A stretch of DNA of 64,000 nucleotides, taken from assembly GCA_009774255.1 (NCBI GenBank), contig VSNK01000002.1:14143-78142 (forward strand), written 5' to 3'. The stretch is from Faecalicatena sp. Lineage in GTDB: Bacteria > Bacillota > Clostridia > Lachnospirales > Lachnospiraceae. The position numbers and the translations under genes are program-made. The stretch's first letter is position 1; each line of letters starts with the position of its first letter. Below the pieces are notes generated by a model that made no database searches, was not told where the DNA came from, and worked only from the letters and a program-made list of their open reading frames with translations. Below, one piece after another: positions 9,824 through 19,898 of this stretch.

Positions 9824-11074
9824 TTACTCTCGTATCTGTCCGCTGCCGAATATGATATATTTCGTTGAGGTCAGTGCTTCAAGCCCCATCGGTCCTCTCG
9901 CATGGAGCTTCTGCGTACTGATTCCGATTTCCGCACCGAACCCGAACTCAAACCCGTCCGTAAACCGGGTGGAGGCATTGACATAGACCGCCGCCGCATC
10001 CACCTCATCCTGGAATTTCAGCGCGTGATCATAATCCTTTGTGATGATCGATTCCGAGTGCCCGGTATTATATCTGTTGATATGCGCAATGGCCTCGTCA
10101 ATGGAATCTACGATCTTCACAGAGATCACGGCATCCAGATATTCGGTCCCCCAGTCCTCTTCCGAGGCCGGAACGATCCCGGGCACAAGCTCACGGGCAC
10201 GCTCATCCCCCCGGATCTCTACCTGGTGGGATTTCAGACGTTCCACGATCCGGGGCAATGCCGCTTTTGCCGCTTCCGCGTGGATGACCAGAGATTCACA
10301 GGCATTGCACACGCCCATACGCTGGGTCTTGGCATTTTCAATGATATCCACTGCCATATTAATATCTGCACTGGCATCCACAAAAATGTGGCAGTTTCCG
10401 GTGCCTGTTTCGATGACAGGAACCGTGCTGTTCTCCACCACATTGGCGATCAGCCCTGCGCCTCCCCTTGGAATCAGTACATCAATAAATTCATGAAGCT
10501 TCATCATCTCTCCGACCGTTTTTCTGCTGGTATCCTCCACCAGAAGGATCGCGTCCTGAGGCAGTTCCGCCTTTTTCAGCCCATCCTTGATGACGCTTAC
10601 GATCGCCAGGTTGGAATGGATCGCATCGCTCCCGCCACGCAGGATCACCGCATTTCCGGTCTTAAAGCAAAGCCCGAAGGCATCTGCCGTAACATTCGGC
10701 CTGGATTCATAGATAATTCCCGCCACGCCCAGCGGAACCCGCCTCTTTCCGATGCGCAGCCCGTTTGGCCGCGTCTTCATGCTCAGCACTTCCCCGATCG
10801 GGTCTTCCAATGCCGCCACCTGTCTCAGTCCCTCCGCCATGTCCGCGATCCTCTGCTCCGTCAGGCGGAGACGGTCAATCAGAGACTGCTTGACTCCTTT
10901 TTCCTCCGCTGCCTTTAGATCCTTCTCATTCTCTTCCAGCAGATATGCGCTGCGGGAACACAATTCCTCAGCCACTGCCAGAAGTCCTCTGTTCTTCTCT
11001 TCGGTTCCCAGCTTTGCACACAGCCGGGAAGCGTCCTTCGCGCGTCTCCCAAGTGTCCGAATATCCTTTTCCAT
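9824..11074 (-). CDS. proA: Gamma-glutamyl phosphate reductase
   Basis: [44 protein letters not shown]. Confidence 0.97.
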   Translation of the reverse strand: MEKDIRTLGRRAKDASRLCAKLGTEEKNRGLLAVAEELCSRSAYLLEENEKDLKAAEEKGVKQSLIDRLRLTEQRIADMAEGLRQVAALEDPIGEVLSMKTRPNGLRIGKRRVPLGVAGIIYESRPNVTADAFGLCFKTGNAVILRGGSDAIHSNLAIVSVIKDGLKKAELPQDAILLVEDTSRKTVGEMMKLHEFIDVLIPRGGAGLIANVVENSTVPVIETGTGNCHIFVDASADINMAVDIIENAKTQRMGVCNACESLVIHAEAAKAALPRIVERLKSHQVEIRGDERARELVPGIVPASEEDWGTEYLDAVISVKIVDSIDEAIAHINRYNTGHSESIITKDYDHALKFQDEVDAAAVYVNASTRFTDGFEFGFGAEIGISTQKLHARGPMGLEALTSTKYIIFGSGQIRE

Positions 11075-11230
11075 TCGTTGAATCCTTCCTTTCTCATACC
11101 GTATCTGCCTGATTCTCCCTCACAGATACCCCTCTATCCAGTCCTGAAAAGTCACTTCATACTGGTACTACAATCATCACTTTCCATGTTTCCCTTGATA
11201 TTCTCATCTATCCTGCCCTAAGCAGCCGCC

Positions 11231-12142
11231 TCAAACTGACTGCTTTTTCTCATTTTCCGCTTTTCTTACCTTTTTGGACTGCCTTCTGAACTGTGCTCGC
11301 TCCGGTGACAGTTCATCTTCTACGGCTTTCCCATGCTCCTTCGACAGAAATAACGTTCCGATCTTTTTTCCTGCCATGATATCATTGATGGCATAGATAT
11401 TGTCCCCGCTCGCGATCACCATATCCGCGCCGGAATGAGTCACAATCTTTGCAGCATTGACCTTGGTGGACATCCCGCCGGTCCCAAAGTCGCTGGAAGC
11501 CCCCTTCGCCATATGCTCCAGCTTTTCATCAATTTTTACTACCGTGTGAATAAAACGGGCATGCGGATTCTGCTTTGGATCATCGGTATACAACCCCTCA
11601 ATATCCGACATCAGGATCAGCAGGTCCGCCTCCACAAGCTCCGCCACATTTGCCGCCAGAGTATCGTTATCACCGAAATTCCCATATGCCAGCTCATCCA
11701 CGGAAATGGCGTCATTCTCATTGACGATGGGCACCACATTCATACGGAACAGCTCGTCAAAGGTACGCTTTGCGTTCTTGCGGCATTCCTCATTAGTCAC
11801 TGATTCTTTTGTAAGCAATACCTGTGCCGTAAGCTGGCTGTATTCATTGAACAACTTTTCGTAGATCATCATCAGCCGTGCCTGGCCTACCGCCGCACAG
11901 GCCTGTTTGGCCGCCTCCGTATCCGGCCGCCTCTCAAGCCCCAGGGCCGCCCTGCCGACACCTACCGCACCGGAGGATACAACAATGACCTCTTTCCCTT
12001 TATTCCTCAGGTTGATCAGGATACGCACAAATTTTTCCAGCTTTTCCAGATTGATATTCCCGGTCTCCTCATAGGTGATCGTGGTGGTCCCTACTTTGAT
12101 GACGATTCTTTTTTTCTGCCGTAAGATTTCTTTTCTGTCCAT
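11231..12142 (-). CDS. proB: Glutamate 5-kinase (no PUA domain)
   Basis: RIVIKVGT, AAVGQ, NENDA, FGDNDTLAA, GTGGMSTK; start moved to MDRKEIL. Confidence 0.95.
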   Translation of the reverse strand: MDRKEILRQKKRIVIKVGTTTITYEETGNINLEKLEKFVRILINLRNKGKEVIVVSSGAVGVGRAALGLERRPDTEAAKQACAAVGQARLMMIYEKLFNEYSQLTAQVLLTKESVTNEECRKNAKRTFDELFRMNVVPIVNENDAISVDELAYGNFGDNDTLAANVAELVEADLLILMSDIEGLYTDDPKQNPHARFIHTVVKIDEKLEHMAKGASSDFGTGGMSTKVNAAKIVTHSGADMVIASGDNIYAINDIMAGKKIGTLFLSKEHGKAVEDELSPERAQFRRQSKKVRKAENEKKQSV

Positions 12143-12165
12143 GACTTCTCCCTTACCAAACCTTC

Positions 12166-13344
12166 TTATCGTGCCTGCATATAGATTTGATAAATATCCT
12201 CCTGATCCAGCTTCTTCACACAGCCGATTGTCCTGCCGCCGTCGAAGCTGCATTTCCTTGCAAGCTCCCGGATCTCTTCCTCTGTCGGCTCGATCCCCAG
12301 TTCTTTCAGATTCGTCGGCATCTCTATGGACCGGTAAAATTCCTCCATCGCTTCAATGCCCTTTTCGGCAGTTTCCAGCGGGTCTTTGGTCTCTTCCACA
12401 CCCATGACCCGCACGGCAAACCGGGCGAACCGTTCCGGCCTCGCGTCCATCACATACCGCGCCCAGCTTCCCCAAACGGCGGCCAGCCCGGCCCCATGGG
12501 CCACATCATACATGCCGCCCAGCTCATGCTCGAGCTGGTGGGATGCCCAGTCTCCCCCGTCCGTTCCGCAGCCTGTCAGTCCGTTGTGGGAAAGGCTTCC
12601 CGCCCACATCACTTCCGCTCTCGCATCATAATCCCGGGGATGCTCCAGCAAGATTTTCGCGTTCCTCATGACCGTGCGGATCAGATGTTCGCTGAACCCG
12701 TCCGTCAATTCCATATTATCCGCCTGGTTCAGATAGCGCTCCATGGTATGCATCATGATATCCACACAGCCGCTCTCTGTCTGGTAAGCCGGCAGCGTCA
12801 TCGTCAGTTCCGGATTCATAACCGCGAATTTCGGACGGACATAATTGCTGCTGTAACCTCGCTTGATCCATCCCTCCTCGTTGGTGATGACCGAAGAATC
12901 ACTCATCTCAGAGCCGGCCGCGGCAATGGTCAATACCACGCCCAGCGGAAGGCAGCCTTCGGCCTTTCTTTTCCGGGCATAAAAGTCCCACACATCCCCT
13001 TCATTGGCCACGCCATATCCGATAGCCTTCGCCGAATCAATGACACTTCCGCCGCCCACGGCCAGGATAAAGTCCACCGATTCCTTTTTGCACAGCGCGA
13101 TTCCTTCGTATACAAGGGAAAGTCTCGGATTCGGCACCACACCGCCCAGGGAAACATACTCCACCCCTGCATTTTCCAATGCTTCACAGATCCGATCCAG
13201 CAGGCCGCTCTTTTTCACACTCCCGCTTCCGTAATGCACCAGCACCTTGCGGCATCCGCATTCTCGAACCAGTTCTCCTGTCCGAAGCTCCGTCCCTTTT
13301 CCGAATACCACCCTGGTAGGCGCATAATAATTAAAGTTTTCCAT
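12166..13344 (-). CDS. Iron-containing alcohol (butanol-type) dehydrogenase
   Basis: AVGGGSVIDSAK, HTMERY, HQLEHELGG.YDVAHGAGLA; start moved to MENFNYY. Confidence 0.92.
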   Translation of the reverse strand: MENFNYYAPTRVVFGKGTELRTGELVRECGCRKVLVHYGSGSVKKSGLLDRICEALENAGVEYVSLGGVVPNPRLSLVYEGIALCKKESVDFILAVGGGSVIDSAKAIGYGVANEGDVWDFYARKRKAEGCLPLGVVLTIAAAGSEMSDSSVITNEEGWIKRGYSSNYVRPKFAVMNPELTMTLPAYQTESGCVDIMMHTMERYLNQADNMELTDGFSEHLIRTVMRNAKILLEHPRDYDARAEVMWAGSLSHNGLTGCGTDGGDWASHQLEHELGGMYDVAHGAGLAAVWGSWARYVMDARPERFARFAVRVMGVEETKDPLETAEKGIEAMEEFYRSIEMPTNLKELGIEPTEEEIRELARKCSFDGGRTIGCVKKLDQEDIYQIYMQAR

Positions 13345-13371
13345 TTCATAATCTCCTTTATGTATTAATCC

Positions 13372-13505
13372 GTAACTACTCAGCACAGGATAGCGCATTT
13401 ACTGCGCTATCCGTATGAAAACGTATAAATCGCAAGAGCAATCCCCATTGCCGAAGGCAATTTTCATGGGATTGCGGCGTAACTACGAAGGTACTGAGTA
13501 GTTAC
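13372..13505. mobile_element. Type C structured MITE-like element
   Basis: Perfect 12-bp TIR GTAACTACTCAG/CTGAGTAGTTAC; flanks ATTAATCC / ATAAATCC (7 of 8 match); internal hairpins GGATAGCGCA..TGCGCTATCC and GCAATCCC-ATTGCCGAAGGCAAT-GGGATTGC. Confidence 0.8.
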
Positions 13506-13580
13506 ATAAATCCCTAACTTCTCAGAACAGCAGACCTCAGCCCCGTCTGCCTTGCAGACTATCTGCTGCTACGCAACTCC

Positions 13581-14105
13581 TTACTCCACAATCTCCACCT
13601 GACACATTTTCATGGCATTCAATGCCTGTACATGGCTTTCAGGCGTCACCCCCGCGCAGCAGGACGCATCCACGATGACCGGCACCTCCGGCAGGCAGGC
13701 TTTTAACAATAATGCGTTCGAGATGACGCAGATATCCGTACACAGCCCCACCAGGGTAATGCTTTCGATCGGGCCGTCGGTTTCGTGACAGGCTTTCAGC
13801 TTCTGCCCCAGCTCTTCACTCCCAAAGGCCGGCTTATCGATCGGATCTTCCGCAATCAGCTCCCGGATCTCCTGACAGAGTTCCCATCCTTTTGTTCCCC
13901 GGATACAGTGTTCTACCGGAAGCTTCTTTCCCTCCTGGGTGTCCAAGTAATTCGCCTCGTGAGTATCCCGGGTTGCAATCACCAAACCGTCAAAATCCCG
14001 GATCTTTTGAACCACCAGAGGTACAATCTTGACCGCCTCCGGCGTTCCGAGCGCGCCGTCAATAAAATCATTCTGCATATCCACAACTACAAGTACCTTC
14101 ATCAT
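13581..14105 (-). CDS. Isochorismatase-family cysteine hydrolase (nicotinamidase-like)
   Basis: VVDMQNDF, DTH, HCIRGT.GW, GLCTDICV. Confidence 0.88.
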   Translation of the reverse strand: MMKVLVVVDMQNDFIDGALGTPEAVKIVPLVVQKIRDFDGLVIATRDTHEANYLDTQEGKKLPVEHCIRGTKGWELCQEIRELIAEDPIDKPAFGSEELGQKLKACHETDGPIESITLVGLCTDICVISNALLLKACLPEVPVIVDASCCAGVTPESHVQALNAMKMCQVEIVE

Positions 14106-16954
14106 TTTTTCCTCCTCTTTTTGACTGACTCCTCAGATTTCCCCAATCTCACTTTTTCCATCAGCTCCGACGTCTCTTCATCCAGCCACTGGAACAGATA
14201 ATTCTTATCCTGCCCGGGCCGGTTCAGATACTCCCTTTGTAGTTCCCGGTTCGCAAGCTCAATCTCTTCCCGCAGTTCCTTTGCCGAAAGCAGGCTGCAT
14301 CCCTGACCCCGGATAATGACCTGTTCCGTGCCGTCCGAGGTGGCCACCGTGACATGATATTTTCTTCCGATCTCATGGGCGGTCTTCTCGATATACTGAT
14401 CCGCAGTCTCCGCTTCCTTCGTATATACCACATAAATATTGTGATATTTCTGTACCTCTCCCGGAAATCCTTCCAGCTTATAGGCATCGAACACCAGAAT
14501 GACCGTACATTTTTTTAGCCCCTGGTAGTTGGCCAGTATATCCATCAGCTTTCCTCTCGCACCGTCAATGCTGGTGTCCGCAAGCTCCCGCAGTTCCTCC
14601 CACGCAAAAATAATATTATAACCGTCTACCAGCAGATATTCCTTTCGCTGCTCCTGTTTTTTTCCCGGCCTCCCGCCGCTCCTTTGTCCGCGGCCCTCTC
14701 CTTTCCCATATCCGGAGCTTCCCGTATACTTACTCTCCGCCGAGCGGCGCTTCTCCTCCGAAAAAGTATAAGAAGATTTTTTCATTGCCTGCTCCCGCTT
14801 TTTCCGGGATGCCTCCGCCATCCGGTCCAGTTCCCGCTCTTCCTCCGGCGACAATATAATCTCCCTCGCCGGCCGTCTTCTGGGAATGTCTTCCACCTCT
14901 GCTTCTTCCGAATCAGAATTTTTATGCAGCACACTTTCCAGGTGCATATATTCCTCCACCTGGTCCCACGGCACCACAAATCCCGCTCCATGGGCACAAA
15001 ACACGGAGCCTGCGGGATTTTCCGTATCCCGCTCCGCATCATAGCTGATTTCCGCGATCACCTCTTTGGCATTGTGACAGGGCCGATACCCTTTCAGGCT
15101 GCAGGAGAGCCTTCCCCTTCCTTTGGTATAAGCAGCCAGCTCGGTCTGATAATCCCGCATACGGACGACCGGTACCGTTCCCTCCAGGACTGCCATCTCT
15201 CCTTCCTGCCTGGGCGTCCCGAAGGCAGCGTGCATCCGCTGCAGATCCGACAGGGCACGTCCTACCGCGTCTCTGGGCACCTCTAGCCGATAATCATAAT
15301 AGGGCTCCAACAAAATACTCTCCGCCCTTTTGAGCCCCTGCCGAACCGCCCGGTAAGTGGCCTGCCGAAAATCTCCTCCCTCCGTATGCTTTTGATGTGC
15401 CCGCCCTGCGGCCAGTGTGATCCGCATATCCGTAATGGGCGAGCCGGTGAGCACTCCCGCATACTCCCTTTCTTCCAGATGGGTCAGGATCAGCCTCTGC
15501 CAGTTCCTATCCAGCACATCCTCACTGCAGGACGAGGCAAACTGCAGGCCGCTTCCCGGCTCTCCCGGTTCCAGCAGCAGATGGACCTCCGCATAGTGCC
15601 GCAGAGGTTCAAAATGTCCCACCCCTTCCGCTATATCTGCGATTGTTTCTTTGTATACAATGTTTCCTGTGCCAAATTCTACAGGCACATGAAACCGTTC
15701 CTGGATCAGCCGCTTCAAAATTTCGATCTGCACTTCCCCCATGAGCTGGGCATGAATCTCCCCCAGCGCCTCATTCCACACGATATGAAGCAGGGGTTCT
15801 TCCTCTTCCAGCTGCCGGAGGTTTTTCAGCATCACATGGACATCACATTCCGGCGGAAGCTGGATCTGATAGGTCAATACCGGTTCCAGAACCGGCGTCC
15901 CTGACTCCGCCTCTGTTCCCAGGCCCTCCCCCGGAAATGTTTTTGTCAGCCCCGTAACCGCGCAGACCGTCCCGGCCGCTGCCTCCTCCACGGCCTCATA
16001 CCGAGCGCCGGAATAGATCCGGATCTGATTGACCTTTTCCTCCCAGCAGCCATCTTCCCCTTCTTTTCCGCCCGCTTTCCGATTTGTGAGCAGTTCCCTC
16101 ACCCGAAGACTTCCTCCTGTGACCTTCAGATATGTCAGACGATTTCCCTGCTCGTCTCTGGATATTTTATAGACTTTTGCCCCGAAAGACTCCGGGTAGG
16201 ATATTTCCGGCGCATACTCTGCCAATCCCTTCAGGAATTCCTCCACCCCTGTCATCTTCAGAGCGGAACCAAAAAAACATGGAAACAATTTTCTTTCCCG
16301 GATCAGCCGCCGGATCTGTGCATCCGCTACGGTTCCGTTTTCCAGAAATGCCTCCAGCACCGCCTCTTCACACATAGCAACATTTTCATAAAATGCTTCT
16401 GCTGCGCGCGCCGGCAAAGGCTTCGGCATTTCTCCTCCCGGTGTATTTCGCTCCGTTTCCTCTTCCCGTATCTGCGGGCACCCGCTGAAGTCCACGCAGT
16501 TCTCATCCAGGCGCCTCTTTAACTCCTCCATCAGTTTCTCCGCATCCGTCCCATCCTGATCCATCTTGTTGACAAACAAAAATACGGGAACCTGATACCG
16601 GGAAAGCAGATGCCACAGAGTCTCCGTATGCCCCTGCACACCGTCCGCCCCGCTGATGACCAGGATGGCCGCATCCAACACCTGGAGGGTGCGCTCCATC
16701 TCCGCGGAAAAGTCCACATGCCCGGGGGTATCCAAAAGCGTCACTTCCCGATTGCCCACCGCAAATATCGCCTGCTTGGAAAATATCGTGATCCCCCTTT
16801 CCCGCTCCAGCGGAAAGGTATCCAGAAAGGCGTTCTTATTGTCCACCCGTCCCAGCTTTCGTATGGCTCCGCTTACATAAAGAAGCCCTTCTGACAAAGT
16901 GGTTTTTCCTGCATCTACATGCGCTAATATTCCAATCACCAGTTTTTTCTTCAT
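14102..16954 (-). CDS. TetM/EF-G-like translational GTPase fused to a C-terminal NYN (YacP/Rae1-like) nuclease domain
   Basis: AHVDAGKTT, ERERGITI, DTPGHVDF, NKMD; EF-G-like domains IV/V; after a charged linker YLLVDGYNII...VILVFDA...ETADQYIE...VATSD. Confidence 0.88.
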   Translation of the reverse strand: MKKKLVIGILAHVDAGKTTLSEGLLYVSGAIRKLGRVDNKNAFLDTFPLERERGITIFSKQAIFAVGNREVTLLDTPGHVDFSAEMERTLQVLDAAILVISGADGVQGHTETLWHLLSRYQVPVFLFVNKMDQDGTDAEKLMEELKRRLDENCVDFSGCPQIREEETERNTPGGEMPKPLPARAAEAFYENVAMCEEAVLEAFLENGTVADAQIRRLIRERKLFPCFFGSALKMTGVEEFLKGLAEYAPEISYPESFGAKVYKISRDEQGNRLTYLKVTGGSLRVRELLTNRKAGGKEGEDGCWEEKVNQIRIYSGARYEAVEEAAAGTVCAVTGLTKTFPGEGLGTEAESGTPVLEPVLTYQIQLPPECDVHVMLKNLRQLEEEEPLLHIVWNEALGEIHAQLMGEVQIEILKRLIQERFHVPVEFGTGNIVYKETIADIAEGVGHFEPLRHYAEVHLLLEPGEPGSGLQFASSCSEDVLDRNWQRLILTHLEEREYAGVLTGSPITDMRITLAAGRAHQKHTEGGDFRQATYRAVRQGLKRAESILLEPYYDYRLEVPRDAVGRALSDLQRMHAAFGTPRQEGEMAVLEGTVPVVRMRDYQTELAAYTKGRGRLSCSLKGYRPCHNAKEVIAEISYDAERDTENPAGSVFCAHGAGFVVPWDQVEEYMHLESVLHKNSDSEEAEVEDIPRRRPAREIILSPEEERELDRMAEASRKKREQAMKKSSYTFSEEKRRSAESKYTGSSGYGKGEGRGQRSGGRPGKKQEQRKEYLLVDGYNIIFAWEELRELADTSIDGARGKLMDILANYQGLKKCTVILVFDAYKLEGFPGEVQKYHNIYVVYTKEAETADQYIEKTAHEIGRKYHVTVATSDGTEQVIIRGQGCSLLSAKELREEIELANRELQREYLNRPGQDKNYLFQWLDEETSELMEKVRLGKSEESVKKRRKK

Positions 16955-17037
16955 TCTGCCCATCTCCACATAGCGCAAGCGCCAATTTACTATAACAGAT
17001 TATACGTGAAAACAACAAAATACGCAAGGAAATTCCT

Positions 17038-17151
17038 TTTATGCATTTTTATTGAATATTTCGTATATTTATACATTTTATTCTATGTTTTATGCATAAT
17101 TTCAATTTTACTACATTTTCTCTTGCATAATTATAATCCGTGGTGTATAGT
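17038..17151 (+). promoter_or_regulatory. argG promoter with ARG-box-like ArgR sites
   Basis: TTGCAT(17123)-N17-TATAGT(17146); AT-rich imperfect palindromes ATGCATTTTTATTGAA, GTATATTTATACAT and TTGCATAATTATAAT resemble ARG boxes. Confidence 0.6.
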
Positions 17152-17213
17152 ATGTGTTAGCCTGCATACGAAACTTACGTGAACGGTAATCTCAGGAATG
17201 CAGGCCGCAAAGC

Positions 17214-17353
17214 GTTACTGTTCACACGGTGTCGTGCACTCGCTGCACGGCATCCGGCCAATACAGTGATGGGGCGGGCATCCAGCCCCTCGCCGTCAGG
17301 CGACTTTCCAATGGGCTGGATGCGTTACAGTTCCTTAGGCCGTGAACTGTAAC
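17214..17353. mobile_element. Type A structured MITE-like element in the argG 5' leader
   Basis: TIR GTTACTGTTCAC/GTGAACTGTAAC; 8-bp TSD CGCAAAGC at 17206-17213 and 17354-17361. Confidence 0.9.
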
Positions 17354-17403
17354 CGCAAAGCAAACCCTACGGATAAAATAGAGAAGAAAAAGATCAGGAG
17401 GAA

Positions 17404-18636
17404 ATGAAAATGAGCAAAGAAAAAGTCGTATTGGCATATTCCGGCGGTCTTGATACTACCGCGATCATCCCATGGTTAAAGGAAAACTTTGATTATGAAG
17501 TGATCTGCTGCTGCATCGACTGCGGACAGGGCGAAGAACTGGACGGACTGGAAGAACGTGCAAAGCTGTCCGGCGCTTCCAAATTATATATTGAAAATAT
17601 TATTGACGAATTCTGCGACGAGTACATCATGCCTTGCGTAAAAGCAGGCGCCGTGTATGAAAATAAATATCTGCTGGGAACCTCCATGGCGCGTCCGGCC
17701 ATCGCCAAGCGCCTGGTAGAGATCGCGCGCAAGGAAAATGCTTCTGCCATCTGCCACGGCGCTACCGGAAAAGGAAATGACCAGATCCGTTTTGAACTCG
17801 GCATCAAAGCTCTGGCTCCGGATCTCAAGATCATCGCTCCATGGCGTATGACCGATGTATGGACCATGCAGTCCCGGGAAGATGAGATCGAATACTGCAA
17901 GAAGCATGGCATCAACCTTCCTTTCGACACGAAGCACAGCTACAGCCGTGACCGCAACCTCTGGCACATCAGCCACGAAGGTCTGGAGCTGGAGGATCCG
18001 GCCAATGAGCCGAACTACGATGATCTTCTCGTTCTCGGCGTGTCTCCGGAAAAGGCACCGGATGAAGGGGAATATGTGACCATGACATTTGAAGCCGGTG
18101 TTCCAAAGAGCCTGAACGGAAAGGAAATGAAGGTTTCCGAGATCATCACCGAACTCAATGCCCTGGGCGGAAAGCATGGAATCGGAATCGTGGATATCGT
18201 GGAAAACCGTGTGGTAGGCATGAAATCCCGCGGCGTATATGAGACACCGGGCGGAACCATCCTGATGGAGGCACATCAGCAGTTAGAGGAGCTTGTACTT
18301 GACCGCGCGACTTATGAGACAAAGAAAGATCTTGGAAATAAATTTGCACAGATCGTATATGAAGGAAAATGGTTCACTCCTCTGCGCGAGGCGATTCAGG
18401 CATTTGTGGATGTCACACAGCAGTATGTGACCGGAGAAGTAAAATTCAAGCTGTACAAGGGCAACATCATCAAAGCAGGAGAAACCTCTCCTTATTCCTT
18501 ATACAATGAATCACTCGCCAGCTTTACCACCGGTGACTTATATGACCACCACGACGCAGACGGATTTATCAATCTGTTCGGACTTCCGCTGAAGGTCCGC
18601 GCCATGAAGATGCAGGAAGTGAATAAAGAAAAATAG
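17404..18636 (+). CDS. argG: Argininosuccinate synthase
   Basis: [45 protein letters not shown]; start is 17404 or 17410. Confidence 0.97.
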   Translation: MKMSKEKVVLAYSGGLDTTAIIPWLKENFDYEVICCCIDCGQGEELDGLEERAKLSGASKLYIENIIDEFCDEYIMPCVKAGAVYENKYLLGTSMARPAIAKRLVEIARKENASAICHGATGKGNDQIRFELGIKALAPDLKIIAPWRMTDVWTMQSREDEIEYCKKHGINLPFDTKHSYSRDRNLWHISHEGLELEDPANEPNYDDLLVLGVSPEKAPDEGEYVTMTFEAGVPKSLNGKEMKVSEIITELNALGGKHGIGIVDIVENRVVGMKSRGVYETPGGTILMEAHQQLEELVLDRATYETKKDLGNKFAQIVYEGKWFTPLREAIQAFVDVTQQYVTGEVKFKLYKGNIIKAGETSPYSLYNESLASFTTGDLYDHHDADGFINLFGLPLKVRAMKMQEVNKEK

Positions 18637-18665
18637 GACGGACTGATTCGGACGGACTAATATTG

Positions 18666-18694
18666 AAAAGCTGTCGTTAACCGGCAGCTTTTTT
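18666..18694. terminator. Intrinsic terminator between convergent argG and dipeptidase genes
   Basis: AAAAGCTGTCG-TTAAC-CGGCAGCTTTTTT. Confidence 0.7.
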
Positions 18695-18752
18695 AATAGT
18701 ATATACATTGATACGGTCATTGCTTTGAACGCGCTGTCCGCAAGTGAAATCT

Positions 18753-19760
18753 TTATAAAACCGTCCGCAGTACCCGAAGTGCGTTCCCTGACCAGATCTT
18801 ATCGAGCTGCCGTTCCGTGATCCCCTGTTTTTTCATCGCTTCCCATACCCGATCCATCTCCCCGGGTCCGGAGACATATCCTGTCACTCTTTTACATTCG
18901 AAACCGTCAAAGTCCGTCCCGATTGCGGGCACGTCCTCCCCTGCTACATCGATCATATACGCCGCATGGCATGCAATGTCCTGTACTGTGACTTCGGATT
19001 CTTCTTCCCGCAAAAATACGGGATAGAAATTCAGACCTGCCGCGCCGCCCTTCTCTGCCAATGCTTTCAGCATTTCATCCGTCAGGTTCCGGGGAACGCC
19101 ACACAATGCACGCGCATTGGAATGAGATGCTACAATGGGAAATCTGCCGTACCGGATGCAGTCCCAGAATCCTCCGTCCGACAGATGGGATACATCCACG
19201 ATCATACCCAGTTCATTCATTCGTTCTACCGTCTCGATGCCAAAGCTTTTCAGCCCCCGATTCATGACGGCGCTGTCCTTGCTGTTGGGATATCCCAGAC
19301 AGTTCTCATAATTCCAGGTAAGCGTCATCAGACGAATTCCCCTTTGGTACAATTCCTCCAGCCTTTCCGGCCGGCCGTTCAGTACTCCCCCCTCTTCCAC
19401 CGTCGCGATTGCGGAGATACGGCCCTGTCTGCTGTTTTCCTGAATTTCTTCATAACTCCGCGCAAGGAGGAGCTCTTCGTTTTCCTCCTTATGGATCAGC
19501 TCTATCATATCCAGTACCGCCCCATATGCACGGTCCCACGCATCCGGACTGATCTGCCTGTGTCCTCCAACCCGGACAGCTTTTCCGTCCACATACTCCC
19601 TTCCGTCCGCGAAACACGCAAAGAACTGGATCATCGTTTCAGCGCGCTTCATTCCTTCCATATCCACGGATAAATGATTTTCAACTATCGTTTCCGCTGC
19701 CCCGCCTCTTAAAAGCATGCTGATCGTATCACAGTGCATATCAATCAATTTTCTCATCAT
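18753..19760 (-). CDS. Membrane dipeptidase family (peptidase M19)
   Basis: IDMHCDT, TVEEG, LTWNYEN, DVSHLS, ASHSNAR, GTDFDG. Confidence 0.92.
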   Translation of the reverse strand: MMRKLIDMHCDTISMLLRGGAAETIVENHLSVDMEGMKRAETMIQFFACFADGREYVDGKAVRVGGHRQISPDAWDRAYGAVLDMIELIHKEENEELLLARSYEEIQENSRQGRISAIATVEEGGVLNGRPERLEELYQRGIRLMTLTWNYENCLGYPNSKDSAVMNRGLKSFGIETVERMNELGMIVDVSHLSDGGFWDCIRYGRFPIVASHSNARALCGVPRNLTDEMLKALAEKGGAAGLNFYPVFLREEESEVTVQDIACHAAYMIDVAGEDVPAIGTDFDGFECKRVTGYVSGPGEMDRVWEAMKKQGITERQLDKIWSGNALRVLRTVL

Positions 19761-19849
19761 TCCTGCAATCCCTTCTCATTTCTATTCATTCCCAATAGCT
19801 CTGACCAAAAAAGTTAAATCTGCAATTTTCTGCGTCATTCCATGATTAT

Positions 19850-19878
19850 GTATATTTTTTCCCATTTATACATACAGT
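19850..19878 (+). promoter_or_regulatory. Sigma-E-type (mother-cell sporulation) promoter
   Basis: GTATATT-N14-CATACAGT matches the B. subtilis SigE consensus and spacing; spore-coat-like genes lie downstream. Confidence 0.65.
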
Positions 19879-19898
19879 ATATCAAAAAAGGAGGCAAT

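Noticed and set aside
14102..16954. Acquired tetracycline resistance gene (tetM/tetW)
   Set aside because: About 950 aa with an extra nuclease-like domain, host-like composition and no mobile context.
17159..17213. Riboswitch (c-di-GMP-I-like CGCAAAGC) in the argG leader
   Set aside because: Only a GCCTGCAT/ATGCAGGC hairpin; the other consensus elements are missing, and CGCAAAGC is the element's target duplication.
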